Program-made: the position numbers and the translations under genes
From: a virus
Lineage: Duplodnaviria > Caudoviricetes
Direction: 5' to 3' (one strand)
IMG/VR virus record: IMGVR_UViG_3300022921_001235
Coordinates: 1 to 61,620 of that record
DNA: 61,620 nucleotides
Shown here: positions 1-8,017 of the stretch, one piece after another
Position numbering within the stretch: the first letter of the stretch is position 1
How the letters are laid out: the number at the start of each line of letters is the position of its first letter
Notes under the pieces: model-generated
What the model saw: the letters and a program-made list of their open reading frames with translations, nothing else
What the model was told of the DNA's origin: nothing
Databases searched by the model: none

Positions 1-202
1 CATCTATCCACATCTCACGCACAAGATACACACCTACAGGCAAGCCTACAAACGCAATCGCAAAGACAAATGCAATGAATGCGCCGGCGCCTTTAAATAG
101 TGTGTTTGCATAGGCTGCGCCAAATGACACTGCTGCAATATAAGCAAGACTGCAAACAGGCCAAGCAAGATTTTTAAGAAAGTGTTTCCATACTCGATTC
201 AT
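1..202 (-). CDS. small membrane protein (partial, runs off window)
   Basis: Manual translation from ATG at 202 gives MNRVWKHFLKNLAWPVCSLAYIAAVSFG..., with two hydrophobic stretches; frame stays open to the window edge. Confidence 0.6.
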   Translation of the reverse strand, partial: MNRVWKHFLKNLAWPVCSLAYIAAVSFGAAYANTLFKGAGAFIAFVFAIAFVGLPVGVYLVREMWID

Positions 203-206
203 ATTC

Positions 207-1043
207 TTATACCTTATATAGTTTTACATAGTTTAGACGGGTTTCGTTTACTTCGAACAACTTGTTCTTAGTCTGTGCTTTTACCTTAGCCTTACAGCGT
301 AGCATAGCACCTACATCATATGCAAACTTGTTCATGAAGCTCACTAGGTTACCTTCTGTAGTAACCGCAGTGTAGTTGTAGCTCTCCCACCGGGCGCTGT
401 AACGACGGTCAAGGATAGCAATCACTGCTTCTACACTATCCTTCTCTGCACCTAAATGTTTGCTGTCGCGATACTCAACACGGATTTCTTTTTTAAGATT
501 GCTTTCGTGTTGATCACGTTTGATAAACTCTGGAGCAAAAGCAATACGACCCATACCGCACTTAAACGGTACTTCGTCTTGCGATAGTTCTTTTACCATA
601 TCAGCTTTGAAGCCGTCTAGCTCACCTAGTCCAAGCATTACATACCGACGCATCCACTTGAGTGCTTCTTGTACATTAGCATAGTCTTCTTCAGTAGGCT
701 CAAACATCTCAAAGTCGCTTGGATGCCATTGTGCATTAGAAGAATTAAGTTTGTTATCCCAGTAAAACTTAACAAGACTTATGTTGTCAAACCGTGTCTT
801 GTTTTCTTCTGTGCTAAATCGACGAGTGTCTTTGATGTAAGTATTGTTGTTGATGCGGTATGCTGCATATGCTACAGCAAGAGCTTCTGTGAGGGGTACA
901 GCCTTAGGAGGAAGTGGCACGTAGTAATGCACTTTATTATTTGTCTCGTCATCAAGCTCGTATTCGAGTTCCAGGCTCTTGAACTCTGCCTTGCTCATAC
1001 TACCCCAATCAAGAGTGTTTGGATCGTGAAGTGTATTTCTCAT
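207..1043 (-). CDS. hypothetical phage protein, possible C-terminal OB-fold
   Basis: Long ORF; likely start MRNTL at 1043 after SD GGAGG; C-terminus has an OB-like beta pattern (KAKVKAQ...ETRLNYVK). Confidence 0.6.
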   Translation of the reverse strand: MRNTLHDPNTLDWGSMSKAEFKSLELEYELDDETNNKVHYYVPLPPKAVPLTEALAVAYAAYRINNNTYIKDTRRFSTEENKTRFDNISLVKFYWDNKLNSSNAQWHPSDFEMFEPTEEDYANVQEALKWMRRYVMLGLGELDGFKADMVKELSQDEVPFKCGMGRIAFAPEFIKRDQHESNLKKEIRVEYRDSKHLGAEKDSVEAVIAILDRRYSARWESYNYTAVTTEGNLVSFMNKFAYDVGAMLRCKAKVKAQTKNKLFEVNETRLNYVKLYKV

Positions 1044-1074
1044 GTGTGCCTCCGTGTGTTTGTGCCTATACACT

Positions 1075-1103
1075 TTTATAGCATACAGACACACACTTGT
1101 CAA
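1075..1103 (-). promoter_or_regulatory. sigma70-type promoter
   Basis: TTGACA-17 nt-TATAAA with extended TG; the -35 box contains the TGA stop codon of the MTase. Confidence 0.65.
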
Positions 1104-2038
1104 CCAACAACTTCACATAATCCATTGGCAAATACTTCAACCGGTTTTACTATAGTTGAATGTAATAATATTTCTTTGGCTGCTTTTGCCGTGCGTGTGT
1201 CGTTTCCATCTTTGTCTTTTTCTGTAGCTCTTCGCCCAGCTGTATATTTTATATCAAAGTAACTATCATTTAGATGTGCTTTGTGTGTATCAAAGAATCC
1301 ATCCTGTGCATCATCTCTATTACAATAAAATACAATATCGCCAGCCAAATCTTTTTGCACACAATACTCGATTAGAGTTTGGTGATCTGCATCGGTAAAT
1401 CCTTCGCCATAACTTGTAAAACTATCTCTATAAGGCGGATCATAAAAGAAAAACGCACGTTCGCCTGCTACTGCATCGCTTGCTACTTTCCAGTCTCCAC
1501 AATAAACATCTACTTTCTGTAAAAATGTATGCCATTCTATTACATTTTCTTTGTCATACACTGTTGTCTTTTGATTACCTAATCCAAATGGTGTATCAAA
1601 TCTGCCATTTGCACGTTTGGTAGTTTGCCAAATACCATTAAATGCTGTTTTCATTAGGAAGTAAAGTGTAGCACTTTCTTCTGTAGTAGTCCAGTTGTGT
1701 ACATTGGTTGCATATGGTGTACGAAGATTGTAAAACCATTCTTTACGTTTGGCTTTATCTAAAGGAATATATTGTGCTTCGAGTGCATCCATACGTTTAA
1801 TAAAGTTATCAACATCATTTTTAATAGCGTTGTAAATACCAACTAGTTCTTCTTTAACATCATTGATAACAAACCTTTTTACATCCGGACAGTTTTCATA
1901 TACCCAAATAGTCATTGCTCCGCCACCAAAAAATGGCTCAACAAATGTGTCGTAGCCACTAGTTGGAATACCTGGGTTATCCAAATATTTGGGTATCATT
2001 TTGTTTTTTCCGCCTGCCCACATGTATAATGGTTTCAT
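1100..2038 (-). CDS. Dam-family (D12 class) N6-adenine DNA methyltransferase
   Basis: WAGGK, EPFFGGG (motif I), FNG and DPPY (motif IV) in alpha-class order. Confidence 0.92.
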   Translation of the reverse strand: MKPLYMWAGGKNKMIPKYLDNPGIPTSGYDTFVEPFFGGGAMTIWVYENCPDVKRFVINDVKEELVGIYNAIKNDVDNFIKRMDALEAQYIPLDKAKRKEWFYNLRTPYATNVHNWTTTEESATLYFLMKTAFNGIWQTTKRANGRFDTPFGLGNQKTTVYDKENVIEWHTFLQKVDVYCGDWKVASDAVAGERAFFFYDPPYRDSFTSYGEGFTDADHQTLIEYCVQKDLAGDIVFYCNRDDAQDGFFDTHKAHLNDSYFDIKYTAGRRATEKDKDGNDTRTAKAAKEILLHSTIVKPVEVFANGLCEVVG

Positions 2039-2541
2039 AACGTTCCTTCTAATGTTTCTTGCATTATAGCACTAACTTGATCAAATGTAAAGCCTTCGGG
2101 TGACATATAAAACTTGAAGTTTTCGCCTAACATAATGTTTGCTTTGCGCCGGAGATTATCTAAACATTGTCCTTGTGCAGAGCCTGGACCGCTGCAAAAT
2201 GTTACATATACTACATCTGGATTAATATGTTTTGCTGTACAAGCATTGTCCCACCAACGTTCGTATGCATTGCCGCCAAGTCCTTGTTTCTTGGCTTCAA
2301 ATACTGCTACTAGTTTGTCGCCTTTGAACCATGCGCCGCCATCTGGTGCAAATCCAAAACAGTTGTCGCCAACATATTTTATTTTATCTTCATAAGAAAA
2401 CTGTTTGATCATCTTAAGATCAGGTACTCGAATATTATCTCTAGATTCTTTAAGTTGTTTATCAAGTTTGGAACTATCTGCATCTAATGCAGTTGTACCT
2501 GATTGGATGCCGCCTTTAAAGTTGTTTACACGTTGTGACAT
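2035..2541 (-). CDS. EcoRI/MunI-like PD-(D/E)XK restriction endonuclease
   Basis: PDGG...EAKKQG...GNAYER parallels EcoRI PDGG...EAKHQG...GNAIER; overlaps the MTase start by 4 nt. Confidence 0.75.
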   Translation of the reverse strand: MSQRVNNFKGGIQSGTTALDADSSKLDKQLKESRDNIRVPDLKMIKQFSYEDKIKYVGDNCFGFAPDGGAWFKGDKLVAVFEAKKQGLGGNAYERWWDNACTAKHINPDVVYVTFCSGPGSAQGQCLDNLRRKANIMLGENFKFYMSPEGFTFDQVSAIMQETLEGTL

Positions 2542-2594
2542 GTGGTACCTTTCTGTTTTGCCTTAGTATTAATATAGTGTATTTTGATTTAACG

Positions 2595-2996
2595 TCAACC
2601 AGTTTGTGTCCATTTTAAGTGAGCAAGACGTTCTTTTTCTGCCCAGCGTATAAACAATCCGGGCTCGCGTCCCATTGCTTCGATTTCACTAGGTTTGTCC
2701 CAGTAATCCATGCCTGCTTCGTTGTCTTGTGTTAGTTCACCTAGTTCATACTGTTTTACATGCACCATTTCGTGTGCAAGTGTACACAGCATTTCACGCA
2801 TGTTAAGAGTACGCTTGATATCTACTTCGTATTCGCTGTCTTCTAGCTCTGTGCAATAGCCGTAGTTCTCGTCATTGCTCATACGCCGAAAGTTGATTTC
2901 AACTGTAGGATTAACATTGAATTTTTCGCAGACAAACGCAGCCATGCTAAGTGCATACTTGCGTTGATTGCGTGTTCCGCCATTTACTGTGATCAT
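2595..2996 (-). CDS. HExxH zinc metallopeptidase-like protein
   Basis: LAHEMVHVKQ plus downstream PSEIEA. Confidence 0.75.
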   Translation of the reverse strand: MITVNGGTRNQRKYALSMAAFVCEKFNVNPTVEINFRRMSNDENYGYCTELEDSEYEVDIKRTLNMREMLCTLAHEMVHVKQYELGELTQDNEAGMDYWDKPSEIEAMGREPGLFIRWAEKERLAHLKWTQTG

Positions 2997-3376
2997 TGTG
3001 TCTCATCATTTGCTAATGGTTGCAGTAAATGTATTAATCCTGTTTCAACAGCACCAATACCTGTTTCGCTTGTCATTACAATATAACAAAACTTTAGTTT
3101 AGTCAAGTCTAAAATACCGTATTTTTCTCTAAATGCTTTGAAACCTCTTGTGTCTCTTGCATTACGGAACTCGCCCAAAAACTTTTCTTTGTGCATTTTT
3201 TGTCTATCGCGGATGAAACCTTTGCCAACATAAAATACATCATCGTCGTCATAAATGACATATACCCCACGGCTTTTTTTAACTGCTAAATCAGGACGTT
3301 CGCTCCAGTTGGTGTATTCTACTTGTGCTGGAATATCATAGAAAGATAGTATCTTGCTGATAGTTTCGCCGATCAT
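2993..3376 (-). CDS. GIY-YIG nuclease family protein
   Basis: GVYVIY...FYVGKG...R, and C-terminal E...I...QPLAN. Confidence 0.75.
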   Translation of the reverse strand: MIGETISKILSFYDIPAQVEYTNWSERPDLAVKKSRGVYVIYDDDDVFYVGKGFIRDRQKMHKEKFLGEFRNARDTRGFKAFREKYGILDLTKLKFCYIVMTSETGIGAVETGLIHLLQPLANDETQ

Positions 3377-3672
3377 ACTTGCACCGGAGTTTTGCCTGTG
3401 ATTAAGTACATTTTCTTTATAATAGCACTTACATCTGCTTCTGTCAAGTAACCTTTTACACTATCATCTTCATCTGTAATGCCAGGCAGATGTGTAAAGT
3501 AGCCGTTTTTAAGTACAGCAATCTCATAAGGAGCAGTTTTTTTACCGTATGCACCTTTGCCACTGATAATGCTGAGTTCATAGTCATCGCCAAAACTCAG
3601 CACACATTGATAGGAGCCGGGGTGATCGACTTTTTCAATCATTTCAAAACTTGATAATTCTAATACAGCCAT
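3373..3672 (-). CDS. hypothetical phage protein
   Basis: ORF with SD (GGAGG) and an upstream TTGACA promoter at about 3694-3721. Confidence 0.65.
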   Translation of the reverse strand: MAVLELSSFEMIEKVDHPGSYQCVLSFGDDYELSIISGKGAYGKKTAPYEIAVLKNGYFTHLPGITDEDDSVKGYLTEADVSAIIKKMYLITGKTPVQV

Positions 3673-3722
3673 TGTACCCTCCTGTTAACTATTTTATAAC
3701 ACAAAAAGCAACAACTGTCAAC

Positions 3723-3941
3723 CTAGATTCTAAATGTAATGCGTCCTTTGTCAAGGTCGTAAGGTGTCATTTCAATCTTTACCTTGTCGCCTAGAACTAG
3801 TCTAATTCTAAAACGGCGCATTTTGCCGCCTGTATAACAAGTTACAATATGTCCATTTTCAAGTTCTACTTTAAACATTTGGTTTGGTAGCACATCTATA
3901 ATACTACCTTCTACTTCTATTGTGTCATCACTCTTCGCCAT
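3723..3941 (-). CDS. infA: translation initiation factor IF-1
   Basis: 72 aa, [12 protein letters not shown]...[12 protein letters not shown]...GKMR...IR...[19 protein letters not shown]. Confidence 0.97.
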   Translation of the reverse strand: MAKSDDTIEVEGSIIDVLPNQMFKVELENGHIVTCYTGGKMRRFRIRLVLGDKVKIEMTPYDLDKGRITFRI

Positions 3942-4116
3942 TATCTACCTTAGTAATAACGATTGTACCGTTCTCTATCACAAACTTCAATGTGTCTCCT
4001 TCTTTCCATCCTTGAGATTCCATAATCTCAGGTGGTATTGTCATATTAACATTATCCGGGTCTCCGTCAATGTCTTGAAATATTTCATCTACGTTGTATG
4101 TTAGTCTATTTACCAT
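3928..4116 (-). CDS. AbrB/MazE-like small DNA-binding protein
   Basis: [21 protein letters not shown] swapped-hairpin pattern. Confidence 0.65.
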   Translation of the reverse strand: MVNRLTYNVDEIFQDIDGDPDNVNMTIPPEIMESQGWKEGDTLKFVIENGTIVITKVDNGEE

Positions 4117-4321
4117 TAGTTTTCACTCCAATAGTATTTAACATTTCAACTGCATCAGGAAACTCGTCCATATTCCGGATAGACTCTTCAAGTTGATCTT
4201 GAGTTTCAATGCTTGCAATCGAATCTATTTGTTCCCACATCAAAGAGTGTGTACGATAAGGTTGATTGATGGTAGTGTGTAGGCTCCAGTCAATTTTTGC
4301 TGGCTTTTCAAAATTGTTCAT
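4106..4321 (-). CDS. hypothetical protein
   Basis: Short ORF overlapping both neighbours in an operon-like arrangement. Confidence 0.55.
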   Translation of the reverse strand: MNNFEKPAKIDWSLHTTINQPYRTHSLMWEQIDSIASIETQDQLEESIRNMDEFPDAVEMLNTIGVKTNGK

Positions 4322-5043
4322 TTGTTACTCCAAACACTTGCGTAATAACCTTTTCCGTGAGTATCGCCGCCGTCGTTGTCTACGTCAACATCGTTGTACA
4401 AAATACTAGTAACAGTGTCTTCTCCGTTTGGATATTCAGTAAAAATAACTTTTAGTTTCTTAGGATCAAACTCACCAAAAGTTTCAAAACGCCCTTCAAA
4501 GAACGTGCCGTTTTCACTGCTGGTCATCTGTAGTGTGTAATCACCTTCGTTGCCAAAGTCTTCGTCCGACTCTACTAGATCAACTTCATAGTCGGTGGCT
4601 TCCATAACACCGTCTAGATATTCTTGTAGTTCTTCACTATCAACAACTTCACTAACAATATCAGCATTATAATCGCCAGTGCTGATTTCTTCAATGGTTA
4701 CTCTAGCACTACCATACTCTACACCATACTGATGCACAATTTCATTTGGTGCTTCATACCATGGATATTTGTAATCTTCATTATCAAACTCAGTGAGGAA
4801 GTCTGCCTCGGGCGGAACTACTTCAACATTATCAAAATCATAATCTTCTGGGTCTTCATTGACCATATAGTTTACAAGATCACTATCGCCATGTTCTTCA
4901 CAGATGGGTTGCCAAAAGTCATGCACAGCTTTGCTTACATTAATGTATGCACTCTCGCCACCGTACCCCCAAAGTTGAATACGATAGTAGCGTGGGCCTT
5001 TAAGTGTTTCTACCAGTTCTTGCTTTTCTTCTGATGTCGCCAT
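4318..5043 (-). CDS. acidic hypothetical phage protein
   Basis: 241-aa ORF with SD AGAGGA and an upstream TTGACA promoter. Confidence 0.7.
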   Translation of the reverse strand: MATSEEKQELVETLKGPRYYRIQLWGYGGESAYINVSKAVHDFWQPICEEHGDSDLVNYMVNEDPEDYDFDNVEVVPPEADFLTEFDNEDYKYPWYEAPNEIVHQYGVEYGSARVTIEEISTGDYNADIVSEVVDSEELQEYLDGVMEATDYEVDLVESDEDFGNEGDYTLQMTSSENGTFFEGRFETFGEFDPKKLKVIFTEYPNGEDTVTSILYNDVDVDNDGGDTHGKGYYASVWSNK

Positions 5044-5095
5044 TCTTTAAATCCTCTTGGTTGCCTTTAGTTAAATATACAACAAGTTAAAAGGA

Positions 5096-6019
5096 ATGTC
5101 AACCTTGAAAAGAACATTATTTGTAGTTACATGCCAACACGACAAATGGAAGTTTGAAATGATGTGCCGTAGTATTAGTGCATTTTTAGAGCCATGTCGT
5201 ATAGTGATTGTTCACAATGAAAGTGACAAAAAATACAATGAATGGTTAGAATGGTTTAACACTAATATTAATGAGACTTTGCTTTACAAGTTTAGTGTGG
5301 TTACCTATCCTGCTAGTAAGTTTTGGCCTAAAAATATTCCCCAGCACTTGGATTATGAATTAGAACTAGGTGGCTGGGTCGGACAACAGATGTTAAAAAT
5401 ATTAGGACATTCTGTTATAAAAACAGAAGAATATTTGATACTAGATAGTAAAAACTTTTTCTTTCGTCCTTATAATATTGATGATACGCCGTCTTGCAAT
5501 GCTCACGGAAACTGGACCCTCAAAGGTGTAACTGAATGGACAAAGCTCAGTTGTGAAAGACTAGGATTAATATATCCTGGACATCATCTAAAACTAAGAC
5601 CAAATGTTACACCCTACATATTTAAAACCCATGTTGCAAAACGTTTGGTAAAATATTTTAAAAGTGATATAAACTTTTACTGTTGGTTTGCTGAAACTGC
5701 ACTATTACCCGAAACAAGTCCAGCTGAGTTTATTCTTTATGATTTATTTGAACTTAGATTAGGACAACGATCAACTAACCCAGATGAGCCGATCACATAT
5801 TCAACTATATGGAGACATCAGCTATTGAAGGAAAAACAAACGCCCAAGCAGATAGCACATACTATAATCAAAGAGTACAATGACGGCGTAAAGCCCTGTC
5901 CAATTTCAGGATTTCATAGCGGTGTTGAACCGTTGTTAACACTAAAAGACGTTAAAGATATATTAAAAATACTTGACGTTGATTTTATAATGCCGACAAA
6001 TTCTTTGGGTCCTTTTTAA
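5096..6019 (+). CDS. putative glycosyltransferase-like protein (DUF6492-like)
   Basis: GWVGQQMLK, YLILDSKNFF, TPYIF and EFILY motifs. Confidence 0.55.
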   Translation: MSTLKRTLFVVTCQHDKWKFEMMCRSISAFLEPCRIVIVHNESDKKYNEWLEWFNTNINETLLYKFSVVTYPASKFWPKNIPQHLDYELELGGWVGQQMLKILGHSVIKTEEYLILDSKNFFFRPYNIDDTPSCNAHGNWTLKGVTEWTKLSCERLGLIYPGHHLKLRPNVTPYIFKTHVAKRLVKYFKSDINFYCWFAETALLPETSPAEFILYDLFELRLGQRSTNPDEPITYSTIWRHQLLKEKQTPKQIAHTIIKEYNDGVKPCPISGFHSGVEPLLTLKDVKDILKILDVDFIMPTNSLGPF

Positions 6020-6058
6020 TAAATACATATGTAATAGCAGAGCGTGAGGGCGCACTTA

Positions 6059-6337
6059 ATGGACTTTTTAACTTTAGCAAGCGAAGTAGGATTTCCTATT
6101 GCTGGGGCATTAGCAGCCGGATATTTCGTTTTTTTAACACTCAAATTTATTCTAGGCGGCGTTGAAGACAGTGTAAAAACACTCAACGGTATTATTGGCT
6201 CGTTGGATAACCGTGTGCAAACTATGAACAACGACCTAGTTAAGATAGATGCACTGTTAAGTTATGCACTTGGAGTTAAGCCCAATATTGATAGAATAGC
6301 AGCAAATGAAGGAAAAGATGATGCCAGAAGAGACTAA
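6059..6337 (+). CDS. small membrane protein (GFP-motif TM helix plus coiled coil; YvrJ-like)
   Basis: EVGFPIAGALAAGYFVF TM segment; paralogous to 6522-6902. Confidence 0.65.
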   Translation: MDFLTLASEVGFPIAGALAAGYFVFLTLKFILGGVEDSVKTLNGIIGSLDNRVQTMNNDLVKIDALLSYALGVKPNIDRIAANEGKDDARRD

Positions 6338-6521
6338 TGTAGACGACAAAGGTAAAATGGAAATCCAGTTGCGTATACTAGGAAATGAACTAGTAGCAAT
6401 AAAAATGTCAGTTGATGATTTCAAAATGAAATGGCTGTTTTTAGGAGTAGTTGCTATGTTAGCTGTAGGATGGGCGGCAAGTAGTTTTGGGCCAGACTTG
6501 ATCGGTATGTTCGGAGAGTAA
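6318..6521 (+). CDS. small single-TM protein
   Basis: C-terminal hydrophobic helix; sits between the two paralogues. Confidence 0.55.
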   Translation: MMPEETNVDDKGKMEIQLRILGNELVAIKMSVDDFKMKWLFLGVVAMLAVGWAASSFGPDLIGMFGE

Positions 6522-6902
6522 ATGGAGTTTGATATTTCAACTGCAATCAAAGACTTTGGCTTTCCAGTCATTGCTGCGTTTGGCATGGGATATTTCATCT
6601 TCTTTATCTGGAAGTGGGTAACAGAAACTATTGATCCAGTTATTGGACAAAGCATGGGTACACTTATACGTCTTGTTGACCGTGTGCGTATGTTGGACAA
6701 CGACATGATTAGACTTAACAGTAAGTTGAGCATGGTGTTAGAGCATAGGGGTGCGCTTAATCCAGAACAACAAGCGTTCTTAGACGAAGCAGTTGTAAAA
6801 TATCAAAGCCGCAGCGAAACGTTTAACTCAACTGGCAAGCCTGCACCGAAAGAAGACCCAAATAAGCCAGAACTAAAGAAAAGAACTTCACGCAATAACT
6901 AA
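6522..6902 (+). CDS. small membrane protein (GFP-motif TM helix plus coiled coil; YvrJ-like)
   Basis: DFGFPVIAAFGMGYFIF...LVDRVRMLDND aligns with 6059-6337. Confidence 0.65.
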   Translation: MEFDISTAIKDFGFPVIAAFGMGYFIFFIWKWVTETIDPVIGQSMGTLIRLVDRVRMLDNDMIRLNSKLSMVLEHRGALNPEQQAFLDEAVVKYQSRSETFNSTGKPAPKEDPNKPELKKRTSRNN

Positions 6903-6910
6903 GTATTTTT

Positions 6911-7183
6911 ATGAGATACTATTTAGGACAATGCGAATACAAGTGGACACATGCCAATACTGATATGGAGAACATATGGATTAGGCGTGAACTTGGCGAT
7001 GATCTTTATCGTACAGTAGAAGAAAACAACTGGGAATGGAAACTTTTGCGTAGTAGCAGTACAAGTTTGCCCGGAGATGTATACTGCCGCTGTGATATAT
7101 ATGTAGACATTGATGATTCAAGACACGCAACTTTATTTGCATTAAAGTATACTCATGTAAAACTAGTGGAGAAAGTACAATGA
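6911..7183 (+). CDS. hypothetical protein
   Basis: 90-aa ORF in a plus-strand run. Confidence 0.55.
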   Translation: MRYYLGQCEYKWTHANTDMENIWIRRELGDDLYRTVEENNWEWKLLRSSSTSLPGDVYCRCDIYVDIDDSRHATLFALKYTHVKLVEKVQ

Positions 7184-7434
7184 TGTGGATGGATTATAAT
7201 ATAATGCAAGCCGGTGATAACTTTTGTATAGAAGGCGATTGGCCTGGAGAAGTAATGGGATTAGATAGGCAAGGAAATCCTGGTAATAAGGATCATCCGT
7301 TGTATAAACCAGGCGATGTGTTTATAGTAAACGAAAGTGGATGGTTAATAAAAACTGATCAAGTTAACGCACTGTTGTTAAAGCACGAGAATAGCGTTCA
7401 GCAACAATCTCAGCAACTTGATCAGAACACATAG
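7180..7434 (+). CDS. hypothetical protein
   Basis: ATGA overlap with the upstream ORF; SD GGAG. Confidence 0.55.
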   Translation: MMWMDYNIMQAGDNFCIEGDWPGEVMGLDRQGNPGNKDHPLYKPGDVFIVNESGWLIKTDQVNALLLKHENSVQQQSQQLDQNT

Positions 7435-8014
7435 TTTCGTAGTGTGTATGTGCTACCTCTACTAGTTCCATGTCTGTTCTGTGTGTCATTGAAGCAAGTG
7501 TAACAACACCGTCATTAGGGCCATTGTGATAAGGCACTGATCCTGTTGTACTTACTATTTGTGTCCAAGGTATATCTAATTCTATCTCATGTGCTTTTTT
7601 GATAGGATCGCTCTTGCGTCCAATATCCCTAAACAATGGATAACTTGGTACAACATACTTTGCCCAGTCTGCTGTGCTACTACCTCTAAACGGTGTGCTA
7701 ATACTAACGCCACCTACTACACGTAGATATTTGGTAAGATGTAGTGCATACAACCCGCCCATGCTGTGTCCTACAACAAAGTGCGGTCCTCTATTTTGAC
7801 ACTGCTCTGTGATCATATCTAGGTTATCATAGAATCTATCCATGCTGCTATAGTTGACCATAATCTCTTTTGAGAACTGTGTCTTTGTTTGTAGGTATTT
7901 GAAACTAAGACTGGTTTGATTTGCACCATGCAACCATATTACATTGATATCATCAATGTCCTGGCCTTTGTATTCAGTGTTGCTGCCGAAAAGATTTTTT
8001 ATATAGTTGAACAT
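7364..8014 (-). CDS. alpha/beta-hydrolase (lipase/esterase-like)
   Basis: WLHG, GHSMGG nucleophile elbow, STPFRGS, NDGVV, C-terminal His. Confidence 0.85.
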   Translation of the reverse strand: MFNYIKNLFGSNTEYKGQDIDDINVIWLHGANQTSLSFKYLQTKTQFSKEIMVNYSSMDRFYDNLDMITEQCQNRGPHFVVGHSMGGLYALHLTKYLRVVGGVSISTPFRGSSTADWAKYVVPSYPLFRDIGRKSDPIKKAHEIELDIPWTQIVSTTGSVPYHNGPNDGVVTLASMTHRTDMELVEVAHTHYETMCSDQVAEIVAERYSRALTTVR

Positions 8015-8017
8015 ATG

